A stretch of 64,000 bases of DNA, taken from contig OZ244937.1 in the NCBI GenBank assembly GCA_965222075.1, positions 864,001 to 928,000 of the forward strand, read 5' to 3'. Position numbers and translations under genes: made by a program. Numbering within the stretch: the first letter of the stretch is position 1; every line of letters begins with the position of its first letter. Of this stretch, positions 1 through 8,434 are shown in pieces. This DNA is from Candidatus Latescibacterota bacterium. Its GTDB lineage: Bacteria; Latescibacterota; UBA2968; GCA-2709665. Below the pieces are notes generated by a model, which saw only the letters and a program-made list of their open reading frames with translations, did not search any database and was not told where the DNA came from.

Positions 1-43
1 TCCCAACGATTCTTCCGAAGCTGTCTCCGCTTCCCTCGAAAAA

Positions 44-77
44 CCTGGGAGCGCGGGCGTCTCGCCCGCGTGTTGGG
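44..77 (+). repeat. REP-like hairpin, second copy at 58722-58754
   Basis: CCTGGGAGCGCGGGCGTCTCGCCCGCGTGTTGGG versus CCTGGGAGCGCGGGCGCCTGCCCGCGTGTTGGG. Confidence 0.7.
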
Positions 78-166
78 GTAGGGCATGGTTGGGCAAGGCC
101 GTCATGCTCCCGGGAGCACGGGCGTCTTTGCTTCGAATGGAAGGCGGGGCATCAAGGAGATGAAAA

Positions 167-781
167 ATGAGTGAGTTTCAGTCAGTTCAACGCGAGCCGG
201 AGCCGCTTCGGCCTGAAACCTTCTTTACTCACGAGGGCCAGCCGGCCTGCTTTTCGGTACTGGACTTCTGGGTGTGGGCGGATTCCGACGTCTTGAACAA
301 CGCCCTGCGCGGCACGGTCGCGGAGTACATCGTAGGTCAGGCCACCGGGGCATGCGCGCCGGTCCGGATCGAGTGGGATACCGTCGATATAAAGACTCCC
401 GAAGAGATTTCAATCGAAGTCAAGTCAGCCGCTTACGTTCAGTCCTGGCCTCAGGCTCGGCCATCTGCAATTTCATTCAGTATTGCAAAGACGTATCCCT
501 GGGATCCGAGGACAAGACAGTACGGAGAAACGCGGGTTCGCAGCGCCGATGTGTATGTCTTTTGTGTTCTCGCTCATTTGGACGGCCGGACCGTCGACCC
601 TCTTGAGCTGACGCAGTGGGAGTTTTATGTCCTGCCCACGCGCACGCTCGATGCCTCTCTTGGGGACCAGAAGACCGTCTCGCTCTCGCGTCTAAAAGAG
701 GTGGGGGCCGTGGCACTGGGTTATGGCCAAATCCGCAACGCTATCCTGGAGGCGTACGGTGATGGACGAAATTCAGGATGA
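167..781 (+). CDS. PD-(D/E)XK-fold nuclease-like protein
   Basis: 204-aa ORF with AGGAGA RBS; RGTVAE...WDTVDIK...IEVKS pattern typical of the restriction-endonuclease fold. Confidence 0.6.
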   Translation: MSEFQSVQREPEPLRPETFFTHEGQPACFSVLDFWVWADSDVLNNALRGTVAEYIVGQATGACAPVRIEWDTVDIKTPEEISIEVKSAAYVQSWPQARPSAISFSIAKTYPWDPRTRQYGETRVRSADVYVFCVLAHLDGRTVDPLELTQWEFYVLPTRTLDASLGDQKTVSLSRLKEVGAVALGYGQIRNAILEAYGDGRNSG

Positions 782-889
782 GGTGTAGCGGCTGGATGCT
801 GAGAGGGGCTGAGCCACCCGCGCCGTCTCTGCAACGCCTGTCACTCTAAGACCCGAAAGTCCAGAATGTATCTGGCACGCGACATCTTG

Positions 890-1822
890 ATGACCGACCC
901 GGACCAGCGCATTCGCGCCGCGGCTCTCGCTGCCATCGAACGGCTCTCCCGCCAGTACGGCGGCAGGGTTCACTGGGCCCACATCCAGCAAGGATTCGAC
1001 GTGGACGGCGAACGAGTACATTTCGCCACCCGCGCAAAGGGCATCTTCAAACCGAGGCAGATGAGCGCCGCGCTCAGTCTCAAGACGGTCATCCCCCGGC
1101 TTGGCCGGGAGGCCTGGTATCGCGATCAGGGTCTCGCGGGACAGAATCTGGACCAGGAGACGGGCCTCCTGCGTTACGACCTCGCGCGTGGCGGACCCGA
1201 CGAGCCATCCAATCGTTCTTTGCTCAAAGCGATGGAGCGCCGCGCACCACTGATCTACTTCGCCGGTTTCGCCCCCTCGGAGTATCAGCCAGTGTTTCCC
1301 GTCTGGGTCGAAGCGTTCCGCGAGAACGATGTGCTGCTTGCCACCACGGACAACCTGGCGTCCGGGGCAGGCCTCATCTCGCGTGAAGGCCCGGAACGGT
1401 CGTACTCATTTACGACGGTCCGATCGAGGAACCACCAGGCATGGTTCAGCATGCGCACCAAGGCCGCCTATGGATACCGGTGCGCGTTCAGCAGCCTTCC
1501 GGTGCGTGAACTTCTGGTGGGAGCCCATATCGTTCCGGATGCCGAGGGGGGGCCAGCCTCCGTGAAGAACGGGATCTGCATGTCCACGCTGCACCATGCA
1601 GCCTTCGACACGCACCTGATCGGGGTGGATCCCGACTTTCGGATTCACATCTCGCCACAGCTCCGAGAGCGGCAGGACGGCAACCTGCTGGCGACGCTCA
1701 AGGGCCTTGAGGGAACCGAGATCCGCCTGCCGTCCGACCAGGATGACTGGCCGAATCCCGCCTTTCTGGAGCGGCGGTTCGCACGGTTCGAAGCGGAGCC
1801 ACCAGAGAGGCATGACGCATGA
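890..1822 (+). CDS. HNH endonuclease, putative modification-dependent restriction enzyme
   Basis: C-terminal YGYRCAFS...LVGAHIVP...NGICMSTLHHAAFD HNH_2 motif; start could be 866. Confidence 0.8.
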   Translation: MTDPDQRIRAAALAAIERLSRQYGGRVHWAHIQQGFDVDGERVHFATRAKGIFKPRQMSAALSLKTVIPRLGREAWYRDQGLAGQNLDQETGLLRYDLARGGPDEPSNRSLLKAMERRAPLIYFAGFAPSEYQPVFPVWVEAFRENDVLLATTDNLASGAGLISREGPERSYSFTTVRSRNHQAWFSMRTKAAYGYRCAFSSLPVRELLVGAHIVPDAEGGPASVKNGICMSTLHHAAFDTHLIGVDPDFRIHISPQLRERQDGNLLATLKGLEGTEIRLPSDQDDWPNPAFLERRFARFEAEPPERHDA

Positions 1823-4800
1823 TGACCAGAACAACGACCCGACTGACGACTGCGGTTGAGAACTACCTCACCGATCTGCAACGAGTCCGCGCTTCCGGTG
1901 GAGGAACCGGAGAGCGGTCGAGCTATGGGCCGCTGGCCAATCTGTTGAACACCATCGGCGGGGTGCTCAAGCCCAGGGTGTTCTGTGTCGGCGAGTTGGC
2001 CGATCAGGGGGCGGGGCATCCCGACTTCGGCCTCTATGCGGCGCGGCAGGTGCAGAAGGGCAAACCGCGCGCGGGGCAGGTGCCCGAAGGCGGCGTGGTC
2101 GAGGTGAAGGCCCCGGGTGATGACGCCTGGCTGACGGCGGTGGGCGCTCAGGTGAGCCGCTATTGGGACCGCTATGGCCTCGTTCTGGTGACCAATACGC
2201 GCGACTTCGTGCTGGTGGGGGAGGACGCGGATGGCCGCCCGGTGAAGCTGGAGACGTTCCGGCTGGCCGCAGACGCGGCGGAGTTCGAGCGCCAGTTGGA
2301 GACACCGCACGCTTTTGCCCGCGAGGTCGGCGCGGGGTTGGGAGAGTATCTCTGCCGGGCGCTGTCGCATCGGGCGCGGCTGGCCGAACCCAGGGATCTG
2401 GCCTGGCTGCTCGCCTCTTATGCCCGCGACGGGCTGGCGCGGGTCGAGGCCGCGGGCGATGCGCCGTCGTTGAAGGCGGTGCGGTCGGCGCTGGAAGAGG
2501 CGCTCGGCGCTCGTTTTGAGGGGGATAAGGGCGCGCGGTTTTTCCGTTCGACGCTGGTGCAGACGCTATTCTACGGCGTGTTTTCCGCCTGGGTGCTGTG
2601 GGCGCGGCAAACACCGCCGCCCAGGAAGGCGTTTAATTGGTACGAATCGGTTTGGCATCTACGTGCGCCCGTTATGCAAGCGCTGTTCCAACAACTATCG
2701 CAGCCTGACCGCCTGCTATCGCTCGATCTCGTCGAGGTGCTGGACTGGACGGAGGCGGCGCTCGACCGGGTGGATCGCGACGCCTTCTTTGACCGCTTCA
2801 ATGAGGGCGAAGCCGTGCCCTATTTCTACGAGCCGTTTCTTGAGGCCTTCGATCCCGATCTGCGCAAGCAAATGGGCGTCTGGTACACGCCGGTCGAGGT
2901 GGTGCGCTACATGGTCGCCCGCGTGGACAAGGCGCTCAAGGACGATCTTGGCATTGCCGACGGGCTGGCCGCGGAAAATGTCTATGTGCTCGATCCGTGT
3001 TGCGGTACCGGGGCCTATCTGGCGGAGGTGCTGCGTCGCATTGCCGCCAATCTCCAGGGCCGGGGCCTCGGTGCGCTCACCGGCGCACGGGTCAAGCAGG
3101 CGGCGACCGAGCGCGTATTCGGCTTTGAGATCATGCCTGCGCCCTTCGTCGTCGCCCATCTGCAGGTCGGGTTGACCATGCAGGAACTCGACGCGGCCCT
3201 GAAAGATGACGAGACCGAGCGTGCCGGCATCTTTCTCACCAATGCGCTGACCGACTGGGAGGGGACGGGCGAGGGAACGCAGGTGGTTGCCTTTCCTGAA
3301 CTGAAAGAGGAACGCGACCGGGCAGGGCGGGTGAAGCGGGACACGCCGATCCTGGTGATCCTGGGCAATCCACCCTATAACGGCTTCGCTGGCATGGCTG
3401 TGGACGAGGAGCGCGAGCTGTCGCAAGCCTACCGCACGACAAAGCGCGTGCGCCGACCCGGGGGACAGGGGCTGAACGATCTCTACGTCCGCTTTTTCCG
3501 CATGGCGGAACGGCGCATTGCGAAGACGGGCCAGGGCGTGGTCTGCTTCATTTCCAACTATTCATGGCTTGACGGGCTGTCCTTCACGGGGATGCGGGAG
3601 CGCTATCTTGAAGTGTTCGACGCGGTCCGCATTGACTGCCTGAACGGCGACAAGTACAAGACCGGCAAGGTGGCGCCGGACGGTTCGCCGGACCCGAGTA
3701 TCTTCTCGACCGAAGGCGATCCGGTCGGCATTCAAGTTGGGACGGCGATTGCGACGCTGGTGCGCAAGGCTGATCACGCGCCAACCAGAGAGGTCGGCTT
3801 TCGGCATCTGTGGGGACAGGCCAAGCGCGATGAACTGACGGCGACGGCGGAGGTGGAGCCGGGCGCGCTCTACGATCGCATCGAGCCAGTGTTACCACTT
3901 GGCCTGCCGTTCGTGCGGACGGCCGTGAGCAAGGATTGGTTCGACTGGCCGGCGCTACCCGATCTGTTCCCAGTCTCGTTTCCGGGCGTGAAGACCAGCC
4001 GAGATAGGTTTCTTGTCGATACCGACCCCGACCGTCTCAAAGCGCGTATCGGCGATTACTTCGACAAGAGCCTGAGCCATGGAGAAGTCGCGCAGCGCTG
4101 GCCTGCCGCTATGAAGAACCTGCACGGATTCAATGGCCAAGTAGTGCGCGATGAGCGATTAGCAAATGAACTACCTGCTGGCAAGGCAGGCGGCCCGGGA
4201 AAGGCTGGTTTCATTCGATACGACTACCGCCCTTTCGATACGAGATGGCTCTATTGGGACCCAGACCGCGGTTTGCTCGACGCGCCGCGCGTCGCCTACA
4301 GACCACACGTGTTCGAGGAGAATGTGTGGATAGAAGCGCGCGAACGGGAAGCTAAGGAAGATTTCTCGCGAGGAACCTTAGTTCGTCACCTTGCCGATAA
4401 TTTCGGCAATGGACTTTCGAGTTTCTTCCCCGCCTACCTCCGCTACGATGATAAAGAAACCAGAACAACGCAACGCAGATCCAACTTGACAATCGAGGCC
4501 GGAAACTATCTCAGATATCTTGGCGCGAACGTGGAGGACTTGTTCTACCATGTCCTTTCCGTGCTTCACGATCCCGCTTACCGCGAGGCCAACGCCGGGG
4601 CGCTCCGCATGGAATGGCCGCGTATCCCGCTGCCGGGCTGGCCCGATGGTAAAGCCGAAGGTGCGGCGGATGATCTTGCCCAATCGGCGGCGTGGGGGCG
4701 CGAACTGGCCCGGCTGCTTGATCCCGAAGCACCGGTGCCGGGCGTTACCCAGGGCGCGCTGCGCCCGGAGACCGCCGCCATCGCCGTGCCCTCAACAGTC

Positions 4801-5196
4801 GATAAGCACAACATGTCCGGTGATGATTTTGCGCTGACAGCAGGGTGGGGTCATTACGGATCGGGCGACGCGGTGATGCCGGGCCAGGGCCGCATCGTCG
4901 AGCGCGAGTACACGGCGGATGAACGCGGCGCGCTGGGAGCGGCGATACCCACGCTGGGCGCCACCACGTTTGACATATACCTGAATGAACGTGCCTTCTG
5001 GCGCAACGTCCCCGCCGCGATCTGGGGCTACAAGCTCGGCGGCTATCAGGTGCTCAAGAAATGGCTGTCCTACCGCGAACGGGATGTGCTCGGGCGGGCG
5101 CTGTTGCCGGAGGAAGTGCTGTACTTTTCGGAGATAGCGAGGAGGGTTGAGGGGGTGTTGATGGTAACCGCTTTCAATTCTGCGTTAAGATATTGA
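1819..5196 (+). CDS. single-chain type IIG/ISP-like restriction-modification enzyme (nuclease + N6-adenine MTase + specificity domain)
   Basis: N-terminal PDF...VEVK nuclease motif, GVWYTP, DPCCGTG (motif I), GNPPY (motif IV), C-terminal YRPFD...GGYQVLKKWLSYRE ISP-type specificity region. Confidence 0.88.
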   Translation: MMTRTTTRLTTAVENYLTDLQRVRASGGGTGERSSYGPLANLLNTIGGVLKPRVFCVGELADQGAGHPDFGLYAARQVQKGKPRAGQVPEGGVVEVKAPGDDAWLTAVGAQVSRYWDRYGLVLVTNTRDFVLVGEDADGRPVKLETFRLAADAAEFERQLETPHAFAREVGAGLGEYLCRALSHRARLAEPRDLAWLLASYARDGLARVEAAGDAPSLKAVRSALEEALGARFEGDKGARFFRSTLVQTLFYGVFSAWVLWARQTPPPRKAFNWYESVWHLRAPVMQALFQQLSQPDRLLSLDLVEVLDWTEAALDRVDRDAFFDRFNEGEAVPYFYEPFLEAFDPDLRKQMGVWYTPVEVVRYMVARVDKALKDDLGIADGLAAENVYVLDPCCGTGAYLAEVLRRIAANLQGRGLGALTGARVKQAATERVFGFEIMPAPFVVAHLQVGLTMQELDAALKDDETERAGIFLTNALTDWEGTGEGTQVVAFPELKEERDRAGRVKRDTPILVILGNPPYNGFAGMAVDEERELSQAYRTTKRVRRPGGQGLNDLYVRFFRMAERRIAKTGQGVVCFISNYSWLDGLSFTGMRERYLEVFDAVRIDCLNGDKYKTGKVAPDGSPDPSIFSTEGDPVGIQVGTAIATLVRKADHAPTREVGFRHLWGQAKRDELTATAEVEPGALYDRIEPVLPLGLPFVRTAVSKDWFDWPALPDLFPVSFPGVKTSRDRFLVDTDPDRLKARIGDYFDKSLSHGEVAQRWPAAMKNLHGFNGQVVRDERLANELPAGKAGGPGKAGFIRYDYRPFDTRWLYWDPDRGLLDAPRVAYRPHVFEENVWIEAREREAKEDFSRGTLVRHLADNFGNGLSSFFPAYLRYDDKETRTTQRRSNLTIEAGNYLRYLGANVEDLFYHVLSVLHDPAYREANAGALRMEWPRIPLPGWPDGKAEGAADDLAQSAAWGRELARLLDPEAPVPGVTQGALRPETAAIAVPSTVDKHNMSGDDFALTAGWGHYGSGDAVMPGQGRIVEREYTADERGALGAAIPTLGATTFDIYLNERAFWRNVPAAIWGYKLGGYQVLKKWLSYRERDVLGRALLPEEVLYFSEIARRVEGVLMVTAFNSALRY

Positions 5197-5213
5197 CCCG
5201 GAAGGAGAGGATA

Positions 5214-6485
5214 ATGAGAGAAAAGAAAAACGAGCTTTTTGCGAACGGCGATTTGTCTGCAATTTTGCGTCAAAATCTACAAAGCCGTGTTGGCCCCGCT
5301 GTCGATAAAATACCGAAGGACCAATTGTTAGTCACGCCCGACACCGACATTGTCGATCATCTATTCGCTCAATTATCTATCGAGCCATTGGTTCTCTATG
5401 AAGACAGAATGGAAACGACAGAAGCGGAGACGCGAGTTGACGTATCTGGAGATCCGCAAAGGGGCCTATATAATCACAGTGGTCCATTTCACGTTTCAGG
5501 TTATGAAATTCGCATCGTCATTCCTTTTAGCGGAGAGGCGAAACTGTGGACTTTCACACCTAGCACCTGTCGCCCGGTCTGCCCGCATGGAAAGGTTCGG
5601 CCGCCACATGGTGATCAGGCGGGCAGCATTGAATTGACATTCAGTTGTCCGGTGGACACGTTGGATGAACAGCGCTTAAGGAACGAAATTCAAAAGGAAC
5701 TTGCTCTGATCCGGTTCTACGTGGAACATTCAACAAAGGACATCAATAAACACAACATGGAACTGCGTGAATCCATTGAACAACACGTAAAGGCACGAAA
5801 AAAGAAAATCTTGAAAACGGCTGGACTTGTAAGGCGCCTTGGACTGCCGATCAAGAGAAATCCTAATGCTCCGTCCATAGAACCGTTGAGACTGACGCGA
5901 AAGTTAGTGCGACCCCTACCACGAGCCCCTGATTCCGGCTTTAGACCGGAACCTGGTATAGACGAAGAGACGTATGAACATATTTTGAGTGTAATCCGCC
6001 ACGAGCTTAGAACATTCGAAACAACGCCGAATACGTACAAGCTTCTATGCGAGGAGCATCTGAGAAATATACTTCTCGCCCATCTTAATGGTCACTACGA
6101 GGGAGACGCAACTGGGGAGACATTTCGCAAAAACGGTAAAACAGATATCCGAATTGAAGACGGGAATCGTGCCGCGTTTGTTGCGGAGTGCAAGATATGG
6201 CGAGGTCCAAAAGAATTTCGCTCTGCCATATATCAGCTATTGAACTATCTGACTTGGCGCGATTGCAAAGCCTCACTCGTGATCTTCAACAAAGATGCCA
6301 GGAACTTCTCCAAGGTATTATCAAGCATTTCGAAAGAACTATGCGAACATAAACTTTCCAAAAGAGAATTCGTAGACCAGCAACGACCGGGCGAATGGCG
6401 TTATGTTTTTCGCTCGGCAGAAGATGAACTACGGGAAGTAATTGTCCATCTCTTTGCAGCGAATCTCTTCTCACTGGGAGATTGA
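5214..6485 (+). CDS. hypothetical protein with C-terminal PD-(D/E)XK nuclease domain
   Basis: EEHLRNILL...GETFRKNGKTDIRI...FVAECKIW...YQLLNYL motif; visibly more AT-rich than flanks. Confidence 0.7.
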   Translation: MREKKNELFANGDLSAILRQNLQSRVGPAVDKIPKDQLLVTPDTDIVDHLFAQLSIEPLVLYEDRMETTEAETRVDVSGDPQRGLYNHSGPFHVSGYEIRIVIPFSGEAKLWTFTPSTCRPVCPHGKVRPPHGDQAGSIELTFSCPVDTLDEQRLRNEIQKELALIRFYVEHSTKDINKHNMELRESIEQHVKARKKKILKTAGLVRRLGLPIKRNPNAPSIEPLRLTRKLVRPLPRAPDSGFRPEPGIDEETYEHILSVIRHELRTFETTPNTYKLLCEEHLRNILLAHLNGHYEGDATGETFRKNGKTDIRIEDGNRAAFVAECKIWRGPKEFRSAIYQLLNYLTWRDCKASLVIFNKDARNFSKVLSSISKELCEHKLSKREFVDQQRPGEWRYVFRSAEDELREVIVHLFAANLFSLGD

Positions 6486-6610
6486 CCTCACCCGGCAACC
6501 CGGCGGTGATTTCGCGATGACAGCGGGGTGGGGCCATTACGGATCGGGCGACGTGGTGAGGCCGTTCCAGGGCCGCATCGCCGAGCGCGAGTACACGGCG
6601 GACGAACGCG

Positions 6611-6643
6611 CCTGCCTGTGCCGTGCCCGGCACGGCAGACAGG
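6611..6643. repeat. 33-nt CCTGCCTG...CAGACAGG hairpin insertion
   Basis: absent from the homologous site near 4927. Confidence 0.85.
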
Positions 6644-6707
6644 CCGCGCTAGAGGCGGCGATACCTGTGCTGGACGCCAAGACGTTGGACGTTTATCTGA
6701 ACGACCG

Positions 6708-6726
6708 CCTGCCTGCTGCAGGCAGG
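6708..6726. repeat. 19-nt perfect hairpin insertion CCTGCCTGC-T-GCAGGCAGG
   Basis: absent from the homologous site near 4991. Confidence 0.85.
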
Positions 6727-6906
6727 TGCCTTCTGGCGCAACGTCCCCGCCGCGATTTGGGGCTACAAGCTCGGCGGCTATCAGATCCTCAAGAAATGGC
6801 TGTCCTACCGCGAACGTGATGTGCTCGGGCGGGCGCTCAAACCCGAGGAAGTGCTATATTTTGCGGAGATGGCGAGGAGAATTGGGGGGATATTGCTGAA
6901 CGTGAC

Positions 6907-8423
6907 CTATATGTAATGCCTAAACGGTAAGGGTGGCAGATCAGGGACAGGTGCAGCAGTAAGAATTTCGCCTACGGCATCAGCAAACTTAAGTGTAACA
7001 GGCTGTCCGTCTGCGAACTGGCAGGTGTTGAAGTTGATCTTGGTTAGGCCCATCACATCCGTCATAACCCTGAGCAGATCGGCATTGCCTCTGTGGATTT
7101 CGATTAGCAGAGGGTTGGGCACCTCCCAACCAGGATAAGTATCGAGTCGAGGTATAAACCCCTTGGTCCAAAGGTATCCTTTCCGTCTTGTTGACAGGTA
7201 TGCAGTGCCACGTAACACGGGCATTTTACTCGATCTATAGAGCTTTAGCTCACTGGTGTGGCGAATACGCACCCCGACTAGGTTGGTCTCGTTTGGGACA
7301 ACGGATTTGAAGCCTTCCCACTCGTCGTCGTTAAATCGCGTTTTGCCGTGGATAAAAAGCTCGGTGGGTGGCTTTCTGTGGAGTTCTCGGTATGCCTCCA
7401 CCACCAGGCTCATCAACTCAGAAGCCTTCTCTTTGCTAAGGTGAAATTCACGCGTATCCTTCGAGTACCAGGGGCCGACTGCACCTCGGAAAACAACGCC
7501 ATCGCCCGAGTCCAAAAACATTTGGGCACCGCAACAGGCGTTGCCGGCGGCCAGGTCGGTATCATCCATCTTGTAAACCAATCCTACATAGCAGACCCCT
7601 GGGCGGACCGACGCCAGTTTCCATGGTTTACCGCTGGCCTTGAAGAAGGCTGTCGTGCAGAGATTCCAAGCGACTGTGGCAGGATCTTCAGGTTCGCGAA
7701 TGAGGCGGCCGTCTTTAATGAATCGATGAGGTGTAAGTGTTGTCTCGCGCACAATCTGAAGGACAGCCCTCAGATCCAGGAGGCGGGCTTTCACCTGATG
7801 GTGGAAATTAAGCTCGTAGCGGTAAATTTCTGCGGCTTTTCGGTCTTCTGGGAAAAGTGAACCTTCGCGGAGAATCCTCCGTCCGCTCTTAAGATTGAGA
7901 AACTGTTTTCCTTTGATACGTTCTTCCTTGGGCACAGATGATTTGGGACGACCGTAGCGGTAAATGTCTTCCGGTATGACAACGAACCACATTGCAGGCG
8001 GTGCCTCGTCTTGGCGTAAATGCTTGCGTATAGGCTCTGCAAAAAGATTGGCAGTCTCGTATATTGTTCGTGTCGGTCCGAGATTCGGATCGAATCACGG
8101 ACGGCATCTTCCGGGACTGTTAGTTCAATAAGAGGCTCTTCTGGCCATCGAGCACCGAAAACTGCCTGGAAACCAGGCCAACCAGCGTGGTGCGGTTTAT
8201 TCGAATCCTTGGGTGGAATATAGCGTCGAATGCTTTCTGCCCATTCACGAAAGCAGTTCAGACCGTCCGGTGTCCCAATGATGCCGATACGCATTTCGGC
8301 AGGGTTGGCTCTGTCGTCCAAGGGGCCGAATAGAAAAAGTCCGTCCTTCGGATGCTCCAATGTTTGGCCGTAGCCGAAGCCCAATCGTGGTTCTTCGATG
8401 TGTTCGAGTAGAGAGTTTGTCAT
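6907..8423 (-). CDS. ago: short prokaryotic Argonaute (SPARTA clade), split by a 1-nt frameshift at 8066/8067
   Basis: N-part IEEPRLGFGYGQTLEHPKDGLFLFGP; C-part FHHQVKARLL...QIVRETTL...AWNL...GKPWKL...CYVGLVYK...ELFIHGKTRF...LRGT...GLTKINFN...PVTLKFADAVGEIL...FRHYI; adding one base joins the halves into 505 aa. Confidence 0.93.
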
Positions 8424-8434
8424 ACCGGCTGTCC

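Larger units (their letters stand above)
6500..6906 (+). pseudogene. diverged duplicate of the R-M gene 3' end (about 4817-5169) carrying two hairpin insertions
   Basis: aligns by eye: DFAMTAGWGHYGSGD...GRIAEREYTADER...WGYKLGGYQILKKWLSYRERDVLGR; no 5' part; frameshifted by a 19-nt insertion. Confidence 0.9.

Noticed and set aside
7990-8070. Programmed ribosomal frameshift or naturally split Ago
   Set aside because: No slippery sequence or clear RBS for the second half; a single-base loss explains it.
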